In this document: piece by piece, positions 35,675-50,600 of the stretch
Layout of the letters: each line of letters begins with the position of its first letter
Numbering within the stretch: position 1 is the stretch's first letter
Origin: Yuukianura sp. NJ FZ-2021
Lineage: Eukaryota
Assembly (NCBI GenBank): GCA_046563655.1
Contig: CM102290.1
Location: forward strand, 3,844,001 to 3,908,000
Direction of reading: 5' to 3'
Length of the DNA: 64,000 bases
The notes under the pieces: model-generated
What the model saw: only the letters and a program-made list of their open reading frames with translations
The model's database searches: none
What the model was told of the DNA's origin: nothing
Made by a program: the position numbers and the translations under genes

Positions 35675-38600
35675 TTATGACATATAATCAGGTAGGGGTT
35701 CTGTAATTAACTCTGTTGAGGTAAACAATGGATTTGGAAATTCTGGAGGATGTGGAAGGGGTCCAACGTCCCGTTTCCGGCGTTTGTAAGCCAAAATCCA
35801 ACAGGAAATGGCTACCGCCAGAGCCACAAGCGATAGAACTGAGGTAACGATTAGGGACAAGATGAACCCTGTAGTGGAAATGCATACTTCCTCTTTCAGG
35901 GTTTGTGGAGCTGAAATTTTACAAAATTTCAAAATTTTAAAACACAATTGTTAAAAAACGTTTCGGTTTTATGAAATTTACATTCTGTGGGATCTTGGTA
36001 TCGATCTTCACGGCGCTCAATGGCCAAAATTGGATTTGACTCAATTTGGACTTCTTCGCGAAGTTGGCCTTCGTAGCCCACTTGACTCAAAAGATTTTGG
36101 TCTGTGCTTCGGCGCCGTCGTCCAAACGCTTCTTGACCTCGACAGTCGACCTGAATCAAAATTTCGAAAAATAAAAAAAAAATAAAAAATTGAAAAAAAA
36201 AGTTGAAAAAAAAAATTTATGTTTGTTACTTACCGGTGGGCATGTGCCGAAACAGACTCTAACGTTGCACTGGAACTTAATACTGGAACTACTTGGGAAT
36301 TTGAATGCATTGAAATGTGCCATCAGGATTTGTGTTTCGTGTTCAAATTCCCAGTCACCAAAAACTGACGGGTCAGAGGCACATCCATCTTCATCTGTGA
36401 CTGGATACTCGTTTTCACCGTCTCCCTCCATAGTTTTGGCCACACATCGCCTTGCAAATCCACCGTAAATCGACGACGGTTGAACATCAATTCGGAGAAC
36501 AAGCGACTCTCCGATTTCAGCCGAAGTGATTTCACTGCCCGTTGCCGTGGCTATTCTCATGCTGCATGTTGGCGGTGGACCAGTATTGGCAATTGTTCCA
36601 GAAGTTGTTAGCATGGATACGTTAAAACCTAAGGTAATCGTCTTTTCTCCAGTCATGTACACGCATTTGATGTCATACGCCTGCGCATTGTACGTCACGA
36701 GTCTTGGATGCTTTTGAATCACCATTACAAAACTGGCTTCTCCCTAAACAGAAAATTTAGAACAAAACTTACACAATTCTCGCAAAAATGTAAGGTAATT
36801 TTTTTTTTTTTTGAAAGTTGAAATTTTTTGGATTACATCGTTATGAATAAGTCCGCAACTCCCAAATTTGACTTCGAAATCGACTGTTTCCAAGTACGGT
36901 TGAACTGATTTGCGACACTGCGGATCTTTGGAATGACCTTTGACATACAAAAGGCCATTGAACTCTGACCCGTTCGACCTGAAGTCAGTTCCGAACGGCC
37001 CAGTGAGTATGTCCACTTGGATTCCATCTGCTAAGCAATTGACAGTCATTTCTGGTCGAGGGAAATCTGTTCGAAATCCTGTTGAAACGAATTTTGGAAA
37101 ATTTGAAATAAAAAATTCAAAAAAACGGAGATACATTTTCATAGTACAGTTTTTTTTCATAAAAATGGAAACGTACGTCTGATGCAGTTGCCTTCATGTT
37201 CTAGGCCACCTTCAAGACAGTAGCATTTGGCAACTTGATTTTCTACGAAAAAAAATATGTTTTAAATAATTTTTGAATAAATTTAATAAATTAACTTTGA
37301 AATTAGTATAAAAAATTTCATTTAATTAGGCCTTACCAACGACACAGTAAGACGTAGGTCCACATTTTTTCGTTGTACAAGGATTCTCACAAATATTTGT
37401 CAGTGGACTGCAGTGTAAATTTGATGGACATTGGCTGTGGGTTGTACAACTGACGAGAATTTGTGGTGGAGCTAAAATAAAATTCACACATGAAAATTTA
37501 AAAAAAAAGAGTTGAAATTTTGATTTTTTATAAAATCATGATGTGCAAAATCTTACGAATTTGACAACTGATAGTTTGATTGACGACTCTGCAGGTCTCA
37601 TCTCCTGAACACGGATTTTCCGTGAGACAGGGGTCAACGCAGAGGTCATTGACACAAAGCAGATTATCGTCACAGTCAGAACTATACCGACAACTGACTA
37701 CTTCAGAAGGAACTGCAAACAATTTCAAATTTCAAATCACTCAAAATTTTACAAAACCCAGAAATTGTCAAAAAGAGGACACCAGAAGTGGAAATATAGA
37801 GAGAAAGAGGGAAATAAGCCAGTGTTTAATAAAGGTCACAAAGGTCAAGTTCACCAAATTAATTTTCAAAGGTCATTACATCCATCTTCACTCAGATCAT
37901 GTTTTGCCTTGAAAAAAGCAAATTCAAAATTTCCGCCAAAAAAAGCAAAACATTCAGACACAATCCGACTCCGTCAGTCAGTGATTCCCTTGATCATTGG
38001 ACGACTTAATGCAGTTTTAAACGGAGAGAAGAAGGTGACCTTTGACCTTGAAATGTGGTAGACGTTGATTACCTGGATACAAGTCAAGTACTTCACTGCA
38101 GTCAGTCGTTGTAGAAGACAAGTTACAGACCTGACACAATGGTTGGTGATTTCGGACAACACAAAAGTGTCCCACTGGACATGCGCTGTCCTTGTCACAC
38201 GGACTCTTACAACTGTAGTTGATACATGACAAGTTGGCAGGACATGCGGAGTCTTTCATACAAAGTTCTACCGTTGGAGAGCATTCGGCTCCTGCACAGA
38301 CGCAGTACGGCACATGATGAACTGCTTGACATGTCTTTCCTTCTGCGCAGTTTCTAAAAGCACAAGGATCTTGACAAGTGCCGAACACGCATGTTTCCGC
38401 CTGAGGGCAGTCTCCGTTGACAGAGCACGGGACAGGACTAAGTTCTGGACATGTCAACTCCATACGCTGGTTGATGACGAATCTTTTACAGAGACACTTG
38501 ACCTTGTGACCTTGAACTTGACAATTTTGATTCCCTGAACAAGGGGTCCCATATTTACAAGGGTCTTGACATATTCCTGACTTCAAGTCACAGCTACGGT

Positions 38601-41600
38601 CGTCCGAACAGTTTTGATCTGAGCTACACGTCTGCGCAGTGCTTACTGATTCTGGTCTTGACTCCTCCCCGCCCTCATCATTCTTAATACACTCACTTCC
38701 CACAAGAATGCATTGACTTTGGACTATATACAACAAGGGTCAAAAGGTTAAGAAGAAACAAGGAGGAATTATTCAATTAAAAAAAGAAAGAGCCCCCAGT
38801 GGGATTCGAACACGGAACTGTATCAGAAGAGAAAGAGAGAAACGCCAGAGCGCTACTTTCCACAAAAATTTTTTTTTGTTACCTCGTAGACATTCGACTT
38901 CAGGGTTACCAAATGGTACCCCTTCTGGGCAGACACAAGTGTATTGACCTTTGACCTTGGAACAAAGAGCGTTGACCCCGCATGACCTCACTCTGCAGTC
39001 ATCAATTCTATCAACAATTGGAGCTGTGCAACCAATCATGGGATCGCCTTCTGGAAATTCCTTTGGACAAATACACCGCTTCTGATTGTTGTCCTCGATT
39101 TTACAAAATGCTAAAGCGCCACATTTCAAATCGCAATTTGGCGCCGACAATTGATTCTCAGTTGGACATTTACAACCGCCTTCAGGAGCGCCTGGAACTT
39201 TTGGTACTGGAAACAACATGGGTCAAAAGTTAAAGGTCAAAGGTCAATTCAAAGGTAAAATATTTTCAATTGTTATCGTAGTTTCAACTTACCGCAAGTT
39301 GGATGACAGGCACACCGAAATCCAATTTCAGTATAAGAACAAGTGGAATTGACCCCGCAACCTTTCCCACGACAATCGTCTTTACCAACTACAAAGTTGA
39401 TTACAATTAAACTTAATTTGTAGTTAATTTTTTTAATTTTGCTTTTCCTTTTTTAAATTTTAGTTTACCTTGGACACATTCTGTCGTTGGAGAACCTGTC
39501 CACCCCAATGGACATGTACAAAGTGGTTTGCGATGAATAACGCGACAAGATGCTCCTTGTCCACAAACGCCATTTTGAAAACAAGGATTTCTGCAATTTC
39601 CATCCGCGCATGCGTAGTTTTCATCTGTACAGTCGGAGTCCTTCGAACAAACTCCTTCGCCACACTGACCATTTATCTCTGGCAACCCGTTTTCACATAC
39701 ACAAATTGCATTGTGTTGTGAAACCTAACATAAACAAATTTTTTTCAGAGTTTTCTTTTGAAAAATTAAAAAATAATTTTTTAAAGCAAACCTTGCAATG
39801 GGTGGGGCCAAGGGAACAGGATTTCAGAAGGCACGGATCCGCACACTCTCCATCGACACAGACTTCGTACTGAGCACAATCCGAATTCAAGCGACATTTT
39901 GGCACGCAGTGACCAGCTTCACAAGATTCTCCGCTTGAACAGTCGTGGTCACCAGTACAAATATTGAGACAGTGACCTCGCTGACATGACTGAAGACATT
40001 GACACTCCTTGTCACTTTGGCACTTCTGCGCACAACTTCCAAGGAGACAACTTTGGCCAGCAGGACAAGTCCCAGATTGACACGGCGCATGCGGTTTTCT
40101 ACACTGGCCTTGTGCATTGCCCAACCACTCCAGGGGACAGGAACAGAATGGCCTGTGGTCAACCGTTTCTGAAACAAAAATAAAAATTGTGAAAAATTAA
40201 ATTAATGAAAACTAAGGAAATAAAAGGATAATGAACTTTTGAAAAAAAAACATGTTTTGACATGGACATAGTCCATGGTTTTTTCCAAAATTTAACGAAA
40301 AACTTGATGTTCGATTTTGGAGTTTTCAAAATTCCTAAGAATTCTTTATATTTTTGAAAATATCTCGCGAATAAATTAGGTCTCTATCACCTTCCGTTCC
40401 CGAGATATCAATTTTCAAAATTTTATTATATATTTTTATGTCTGTTTATGTGCGTACAAACTGCGCATAAACTGCGCACAAACTGCGCACAAACTGCGCA
40501 CAAACTGCGCACACACTGCGCATAAACTGCACAAACTACGCATAAACTGCGCACAAACTGCGCACAAACTGCGTACAAACTGCGCATAAACTGCGCATTA
40601 ACTGCGCACAAAATGTGCACAAAATGCGCATAAACTGCGCACAAACTGTGCATAAACTGCGCACAAACTGCGCATAAACTGCGCACAAACTGCGCATAAA
40701 CTGCGCACAAACTGCGCCCAAACTGCGCATAAACTGGTGACTACCACTAGAGAATACTCTAAACGGCAAAAGTTAGTCCGTTCCAATATTTTTCGAAAAT
40801 TTCTGGCGAAGAGATTAGGCCTCTATTGCTGTCCGTTCCCGAGATAAGCTTTCAAAATTTTTTTTAATTTTCAAGTTGGACTGAAAAAAGGTTGGAATGG
40901 GATAGAAACTTACCACAAATGGCGCAAGTACCACAAGCAGAAGCCGCTTGGCACGGATCTAAAGGAATTAAAATAAGTATTGAATAATTAAATTAAAAAA
41001 GTCCTTGAGGTCAAAGGTCATACCAACACATTGATGACCGATACAAGTGAGGTTAGACGGACATTGGGCATCATGCCGACATCCTGATACACAAATCCGA
41101 CCTTGGCAAATTTCCGCCTCTGGGCACTGACTGTCTTGGCTACAAACTGGACGACAGACGCTTTGAACACAACTTTCGTCATTTTGACACTTTTCGTTAC
41201 TAAACACAAAAAACATAAAATCAAAATATTTTTTCGAAATTTTGAAAATTGTGACTAACCTTGTACAACTGACTCGACATAGGTCACCAAGGCAAGTCAT
41301 GCCCGGAGGGCAATGACCTTCCGTCTCGCATTTAATCTCTGGAACAGTACATGCGTCGTATGGATTTCCGACATATGGACTTTCGCAACGACATGTCACG
41401 TGATGTCGTTCGACGCTACATAAGCTTTTCGTTCCGCATGGACTGTTTGACTTCAGTTGCAAAGCTGTGCAGTTTCCTGTTTTAGCAAAAGTAGAACATA
41501 ACCTTTGACCTTGAGCTGACCTCGTGACCTTCAACTTACCAGAAGTACATTGGTTGTTGCAGGGGTCCAAACATTTTTGATTCACACAAGATTCGAATCC

Positions 41601-44600
41601 TTTACAGTCTTCATTTTTACGACATCCTCCGACACAGACTGAATTTTGACAAATGTCGCTTTCAGGGCAATCGCCGTCTGAGCGACACGAAGCACTGCAA
41701 AATCCTGCATGACAGATTTCACTTGCAAGGCAGTTGGATGTCGCTGCACAGCTCTGGCGACAACTTCCAGCGACACAAAGCAGTGTATCTGCGCAGTCCC
41801 TGTTTTCGTCACACCCTACTGGTTCCCTAATGCATCCGACAAGGGCTGTTGGTTTTGGTAGCATTCCGGCTGGACAGGAACACTTTGGTTGATGGTCAAC
41901 TGTGAAAGGCAAAATTGAAATTTTCAAATTTTTGTTTTAAAAATTCAAAATTAGCGGTTCACCTGTTCGACATAAGGCATTAGGTCCACAAGCATCTACT
42001 CTGCAGAGGTCAATACACTTTTGATGCTGGCAAGATTCTTCAGAGGGACAATCATTGTTGGATCGACATCCACTGACACACATTCCGCTTAGGCAGACAT
42101 GGTTCAGGAAACAGTCGTTGTCCAGGCGGCAAGTCACTGAGGCGGGAAATTCAAAATTTAAAATTTAAAATTTTGAAATAGAATATTTTGAAAAAAAATT
42201 CTTACACATGCAGTGATCTTCAACGCAACGTTCATTTGAAGCACAACCACGATCCGATGTGCACTTAGGAAAACAAATTCCGCTGCTACAAGTTTGATTT
42301 GGTGAGCAATCCTTGGTCTCGTGACACGGTGACGCAACTGAAGAGAAAAGTAACACAAATTTTCAAATTTTGGTAACTTTGTCAAAGAAAGGCATGATTT
42401 TGAAAATTTCAAAATTTTGAGCTGACCTCTGACACATTCTACTTCTGGAATTCCTGTGAAATCCTGAATACAGTGACAAGATTTCTGGTGGTTTGCTACA
42501 GTACAGATGGCATTGAGGCCACATGCATTGACTACGTCACAAGGATTGACGCATTGCGCAAACTCGCAAGTTTGTGTTGCGCTGCAGTCGGAATTGGTGT
42601 GACACGGCCCTGTACATTCTGTTCCATTGCAGTAAGCCGTTTTCTTATCGGCCAATAGGAGGGAGCATCCGGCCGAGGGGTCATTGACCTTTGTGTATCC
42701 ATAGCCCAGGTCACACTCACACCGTGCTTCAGAGGTCACACATTTTGAGTTTGGGCCACAAGTGACATTGTCACAACTTTGACTTCCATTCGAACTAGAG
42801 CAAATTCCAGCTGAAGTACAAGTGAACTGATCTGGACATTCACTATCCGATGAACAATTTTTGTGACCTTGACCTTTGCATTTTCCAGAACTTTGACCTT
42901 CTGCGCAGACGCACTTGAATGAATTTGGAGTCGACTCACAGCGTTCATCCGGGTCGCATGGATTGTCAGCGCAGAAGTCAGTTGGAAGCGGAACACATTG
43001 AAACTCAGTTTCTGAAAAAAACATTAAAATTTGAAATTTTGTAATTTAATTTTTCTTTTTAAACTTTACCGTTTAGCCCTGAACTAGCAGATTGAAATCC
43101 AGGTCCACAAGTACATTTCGGCTCATGATTTTCTGCAGTACAAATGGAATTTTTTGGACAGCTACCCGGGAGTTTACAGGTCACGAGACATTGAAACTCT
43201 ACACAAGATTTGTCATCAGGACAATCCGAATTGACTTGACATTCTGGATTAACACAGTGTTCACCGCTGTCCAATTTAAATCCTTCATCACATTCACAAA
43301 TCCCGGTGTGATTTTGAGCCAAACAGTGAGCATTTCTTGGACAAATCGTCTCGAGACCACAAACGGATTCGCATGTATGGACCCCATGCAAATTTGTTTT
43401 GCAAACTTTGTCCGTTGGACAGTTTGAATTTTCGCGACATGTGCCAAAATCCTTGCAAAAACCGTTTTCGCAAATCTGTGATGTAGAGCAGTCAGAGTCG
43501 AATGAACAAGGAGACTGGCAAATTCCGTGGACACAAGACTGGATAGAAGCACAGTCTCGATGGGCTTGGCACATTTGACGACAGAATCCAGTCAGGCAGA
43601 GGGATGACGATGGACACGGAGTCTGCGTGTCGCAAGTCAAGACACGAATGCAGCCAAGGACCGGATCTGACGAGAAAAAAACGAAATAACATCTTTTAAA
43701 AAAATCTTGAAATAATGTCAATTTTTTAAATTTTGTTCAAAATAAAGGTCAAGAGGTCAGTGACCTTTACCTCCAGTGTATCCATCCAAACACAGGCATA
43801 AAGCCTTGTGACTAATGACGGAACAATTGGAATTTTGACCACAAATGTGCGGAATGTCACACGGATTCAAGCACTCATTTTTGTAGCAAGTTTCGAGCGG
43901 CCCACAGTCACTTTCTTCTTGGCATTTGACCTCGATGCATCTCACGCTAGGATCTAAGAAATTTCAAAAAAAAATGAAATTTTGATTTATTTTTTTTTGA
44001 ATTTTGCATTACCTCCAACAAAATTCGGCAAACACGAACAAACCGCCTTGTGCTCAACAGCTTCACACTTTGTTCCCGAACCACACGTATTTTGGTCACA
44101 AACGGCTTGACATTTTCCATTAACACAGTGGGCACTAGCTGGACAGTCGTTGGCTTCTGCGCACTCGTGAGTCGGTTGACAACCTCTACTGCGCAGTTCT
44201 GGTTCTCCGACTGTCCCTTCAGGACATTCACACCGAAATTCTCCAATCGTATTGGAGCAATTGGCAGTCACATGACATGGTCCAGGTTTTTGTTCACACT
44301 CGTTTACATCTTGACAAGATCCATTTGTTAAACTAAATCCTTCTACGCATGAGCAAGTGCCTTGGTGACCTTCGACCTCACAGACAGCATGATCTCCACA
44401 ACTACTCACATCACATGGATTCAAACACCTTCCAGAAGAGTCATCACAGTACTTGTCATCTGGACAGTCTAAGTCCCTTAGACACTCGACCGACTCACAT
44501 CCCTTATCAAGTGAATAAGGGTCCCCTAGGGTCTTCTCTGGACAAAAACATTCGGCTTTGTGTTGTTTCGAGCGACATCCAGCTCTCAGGCCACATTTTT

Positions 44601-47600
44601 GGACTCTACAAGGGTCCAGACATTCCCTAACTCCGGTGGCATTCACGTGACAAGTCAGCTGATCGCTACAGTCTGCGTCGGTCGCACATTGCTGCGGTGG
44701 GACACAAGCGGATTGTAGCGGATTCTCACTAAAGTATCCCTGTGGACACAAGCAACTGAAAGATCCAGGAGTGTTGACGCAAGTAGCAGAAGCATGACAA
44801 ACGGCGACATTTGCTTTGCATTCGTCTATGTCACGACATCCAGTCCCCTCTGACGTAAATCCAGCTGCGCAGCGACATTTACTGGCGACACAAGTTTGGG
44901 AAAGGCCGCAGTCGGAGTTGGAGCGACATCCAGCAGTACAAACTCCGTCGGAGCAAATTTCTCCTAGGTGACAGTTGGCATCGGTGTAGCAAACCTTGAC
45001 GCAGACGTTGTGCTGACATTGTTCTCCTGTTGCGCATCTCACTGAATTGTCGCAAGACAGAAAACAGGATCCATCGATACAAACGTGACCACTGGAACAG
45101 TCTTGGACAGTTGAGCAGGAGGTGCTGTTTCTATAGCAACCGTCGGACGAGCCAAGCAAAAATCCGTCTGGACAGTAGCACTGTGGTGAGTGGGATACGG
45201 GACGACAAAGGGAATTTTGACCACAAGCTCCTTCGTAGTTACAAGGATCTAAATTTTTAACAAAAGAATGTGAAACATTACAAAAAAAAAAATTTTTTTT
45301 AAGTTTTTTTTTTTTAAATTGTTCAAAAACGTAGGTACATACTCGAACATTGTTGATTTAGACATGCCTCTTCTTTTGAACAATCTTGGTTACTTCTACA
45401 TCCGATGACACAGTACCCTCCAGCACATGCATGGCCAGTAGGACACTGCGCATGTGCAATGCATGGAAGCATGCACATTCCAAATAGACAAACTTCGTCT
45501 GATCCACAGTCCGATTTCGTAGTGCAAATGACTTTACATTGTTTGTCCACGCATATTCCGTCCACGCACTCGTTGTCCGCGGAACATTTTGTCGTGAGGC
45601 GCATACACGTCGTTTGATTATGTCTCATCATCGGTTCAAATCCTTCTCGACAGGAACAAGTAGCCACGTTATCCACGACATTACAAATTGCATGTTTTCC
45701 AACGCAGTGGCCTGGACAAAGATCCACACAGTTGCCCTCTCGACATGAAAAGCCGTCCGGACACTCGTTATCCGCCGTACAAATGTTTGCGACGTCGTCA
45801 TTTTGACCTTGACCTTTGACCTCGCATCCCCCTACATAAGGATCACCTTCCCCTTCTGGACAAACGCATTTGACTTCATTTGATTCTTGAATACAAATAG
45901 CTGAAGAATGACATGGGTTTTGGTTTGTGCAGTCTCTGATTGGCTGACAGGAACTTTCTGGCTCCGCCCCTGTAAATCCTGGTGCACATGCGCATCGATA
46001 AGTATGTTTTTCCGGAATACAAAGTGCATTGATTCCACAACTGTCGTTGGTACAGACGTCGTGACATGCCGATTGTAGCCGATTGCACGTTTGGTGCGGT
46101 TGACAATCCGAATTGTAGATACAAGGAACCGGGGAGCAACCTTTCGAGAGATCGTATGGGTCCCCTTTGAATTTTCCGGGTAAACATTGACATTGAGCAG
46201 CATGGTTGTCTACAATTTTCAAAAAAAAATCAAAATTTCGAAAACTTTTTTAACTTTTCGAATAAAATTCAAATTACTTGAGATACAAACGGCATTTGGA
46301 CCGCATTTGACCTCTTCACAAACAAGTTGACATTTTGTTCCTTCCTTTGTTCTGGAGCAAACGTGATTCTCAGAACAGTCGACATCTTCAGTACATTCAT
46401 TTTTAAATACTTCCACACAACCAAGTCGATCATCAGGATTTCCTTTTTCAAAAGAAAAAAAAAATTCAACAAATTATTTTGTTAACATTTTTTTTAAATT
46501 GAGTTGCAACCAGTAAATCCAGGTTTGCAATGACAAGAAGCTCGTCGTATGGCGCCAGGTTTAGTTTTGTCCGGTACGCAAACAGCATTGGGAGCACATG
46601 TGATTCCTGCACAGAGCGACGTACAGTGACCAATTCCACGCCCATCTTGGACGCATCCAGACTCAGTTGGGCATTCGTCGTCAATTGAACATTGGGATAG
46701 AGCAGGTAACTCACAAAGTCCCGTGTCTGTGCCAAGTTTTAAAAAAAGTTATTTTTTTGAAATTAAAAGAAATTAGCAACTTGTCTAACCTTGTGAAACC
46801 GTGAAACCCGGTTTGCATTTGCAAATTGCTCTCCCACGCTCTCTAGCACACATTTGATTAGGCCCCATACAGGTTGTTGTTGCACAAGGATCAACGCATT
46901 TGCGCACACCGTTCGACGCAAAGGAACAAACGAAGTTGTCAAAACATTCCACTGTACTGCCACACTCGTCAACACGTTCAGAAATTTTGACTGGAGAACA
47001 TTCATGCCCATTGCCCTCAAACAGTTCTTTGCAAACACAAGAAGAGCGGTGATTTTCTGAAAAAAAAAAGGTTTGTTGGCTTTGATTTTCTTTAACAGGT
47101 TGAGTAATACCTCAAGTTTTTTTTCGATTTTGCAAAAAAAAAAAGAAATAGTGTCTCTCATTTTATGGTATCGTAGTCATGACAGTCGAATTTTTAAAAT
47201 TTTAATTACAAATTACTGCGACCAATTTTTTTTTTTAATTTTTTGTCAACATGCGAGGTAGTACTCAACCTGTTAAAGAAAATTCATTTTTCGTTGTCAA
47301 GGAACCTTGGGGATCAGAGGCTAATCAAACTACTTCATAAAATGGTAGAAACGAATGGTTGTTGAAAGTAAAAAATTCGAGGTCAAAGGTGAAAATTTGT
47401 GTCTTACCGGTAAAACAGACCGAGTTTGGACCACATTCCATTCTGGAGCATCCGTCTACACAAATCCGATTGGTTGATTCACCATAACAAATTTCATGAG
47501 CAGAACACGCCAAGTCGTTTTCACACGTTCGAAATTCACATCCAACCTGAGGACTTTCTCCAGAAAATCCAGCGACGCAGACGCATTTGCCACCGGAGCA

Positions 47601-50600
47601 AACAGAGTTTGCACCGCAACTGACTCCTGCGCATTCGTCTACGCAGAGGCCACTTTTACATGCAAATCCTTCAGGACATGATTTTCCACTTTCACCGCCA
47701 CAACTACATCGACTCCGCCCACAGTCAACGAGATTTTGTGACTCCGAGAAGCACTCTACAAATGGATTCCCCAGTGGGAGGGTCAAAGGGCAACGACAGT
47801 CGTATGTTCCTGGCATGTTGATGCAGTGTGCATGTACACCACAAACATCTTCCTCGCACTCGTTCATGTCCTCACACTTGGAATATGGATCGCCTTCTAC
47901 AATTTTCAAAATTTCAAAGAATTACGAAAAAAATATTAAAAAAAAAAAACTTAAAACTTACCAAATCCCAATTTACAAACGCATGCTCCATCGATACATT
48001 GCGCATTCTTGCCACAGTTTCCATCGACGCATGATCTTTTCTGTGCAGAGCTACAAAGAAGATTGGGATCTGAAAAAAAAAATCAAACTTTTGAAACTGA
48101 AGATTCAAATTTGAGGTTTAAAATTTTGAATTTATGTTGCAACTTACTTTCACCAGTGGTGTCACACTGAAGATGACATCCGCTGTCGTCTTTTTTGTAC
48201 GGAGGTGAGCAGACACACACGCCCGGTTCTATGCATTTTTCATTTGCAGCACAATCGTTTGACGTTTGACACTTCAGTAGCGGATTTGAGCATCCCTCTT
48301 TGTACGGGTCACCTGAAACAGATCAAGCAGCAATGTTGAAACATTCGAAATTTGAGATTTTTGATTTTTTTTTTATTTTAACCAAGATTCCTCTAGCAAC
48401 AAAATAGTTTTTCTTTAACAGGTTAGGCAATAAGTACGTTTTTCTAAAAATCCGGCTGCCAACACTTTTTTCCACCAATCCCATAAATTAAGGTTTATCC
48501 CATAAAATAAATTAAAAAAGGTGAATCAAGTTTTGCTCATTTTTTTTAAAAAAATTTAAAAAAAAGTTGCCTAACCTGTTGAAGAGAAAACTATTTCGTT
48601 GTTTAAGAACCTTGGTTTTAACAGATTTCGCTGTCATTGACCCCCCAACTAACCTTGGCGCCCAATTGGACAAACACATTTATAAGATCCCTGTTTGTTG
48701 ATACATTCTGCTCCTGGCCCACAAACACCGACTTTGAGGCATTCGTCCGTATCTTGACAGGATCCGTCCGGACCGTTCGAGTAGCCTTTTGGACATGCGC
48801 AGAAGTTGATTCCACCAGTGACAGACACGCATTCTCCACCATTTGAACAAGGAAGTTCGGGTGAGCAGTAGTCCATCAGACATGAAGTGTTGATAAGTCT
48901 ATAGGGTGATGGGCATGGACACCGTGTCGCAGTGCATTCTGAACAACAAGATTTTGGAAAAAAAAATTTCTCAAAATTTTCACAATTTCAAAAAAAAATT
49001 ATTGTAAATAAGTTACCTTCACATTTCTGGTATGGATTTCCCACTGGGTACTTATGTGGACAAGTACATTCGTAACTCCCTTGAACATTTCTGCAAATAG
49101 CATTGACTCCGCATGGCGCCAATTCCAATTCCAAGCATTCATTCACATCTCGGCATTCCCCCAACGCAAAATCCCGCGTAAATCCGCGTGGGCAGACACA
49201 AACCTTCTGATTGGCTGTGTGGTCCACACACTCTTCTCCTATTGGACAATCCGTCCCTCTTCGACATGATCTCGGAGAAACACTTCGGCAACTCTCGGGA
49301 TAACCCGAGCTGTTGTGTACCCTTAAGGGCTCGAATCCCAGCGGGCATTCGCAGCGATACCGCCCAGGTTCGTTTCGACAAATTCCTTCGCCGCAGGGCT
49401 GGAACAAGCATTCGTCAATGTCCAAGCATCCTTCGCTGGTTGACGGTGAGCCGTGAAATCCCGTTGGACAGACGCAATTTGCTTGGTCATTGACCAGGAC
49501 GCACTCGGCTCTTGGTCCACAACTTATTTTTTCACATGGATCTAAATATTTAAACATATTTTAATTCAACAATTTATTAAAATTGATTTAGTTTTCAATT
49601 TTATGTTTTCAGAAAACTTACGTCTACAATCGTCGCCTACGTTAGGTTCTGGACAGACGCAAAAGCCTTTGAGGGGGTCACAGACGCCGTTACCCGGACA
49701 GTCCTTCTCTTCTTGACATTTGGTCACCCGGGTACATGCGACTCTTGGATCACCGATCATGTCCACTGGACAGGTACAGTCATAAGCACCAATCAGATTC
49801 ACGCAAAGGGCGTTCACTCCGCAGTGATGAGTCTCCTCCTCACATTCGTTTATATCTGCAACCACAAGTTCAAATTCAAATTTTAGTTGCCGCCATTTAC
49901 ATTTTTTTTAAAAACAAAGGTAATAACTATTGCTTTTAACAGTTAATCTAGGGCAAATTCCTGTTTTGAAAGATTTTGTTTTCATTTTTTCAAAATTTTG
50001 ACTTCCACTCACCCTGACATCCATGTTGACCTTTGCCCTCTTTTCGAAATCCATTTTGACAAGAACAGGAAAAACTGCCTTCAGTGTTATGACAAACGGA
50101 ATGGTTTCCACAGGGGTCAAACTCTCCAAGGTCACATTCATTGATATCTGACGACATTGGAATTAAATATTACATGTTAATTACTAAAACTAATTAATTA
50201 TTGTTAAAACTAATTGGTATCAATTGATTAATATTTAAAAAATTGGATTTTACCGATACAACCAGCAGAAACATTCTTTGGATCATACGTCCAGCCATCT
50301 TCACAAACGCAGTAGGCTTCACTTGATTCTGAATGAAGTTCTACAAAATTTAGAAAAAAAATGTTCAAAATTTTGAAATCCGCTTTTAAAAAAATTCAAA
50401 GTAAAAATTACCATTTGCAGAGCAGTGGGCATGTGGACCACAGTTAATGTCTTCACAAGAAGCTACACCATGAGGCAATTATATCATTAAAAAAAAGAAC
50501 CCACAATTTTAGTTTGTGAACAGGAAATGTACCCAGCAATTACGTAAATACTTTTACGTATACACCAAACACGACAATTACATAAACAGCGTTTAGATAA

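Noticed and set aside
40426..40786. Three ORFs with [11 protein letters not shown] repeats
   Set aside because: These are translations of the intronic 11-bp minisatellite.
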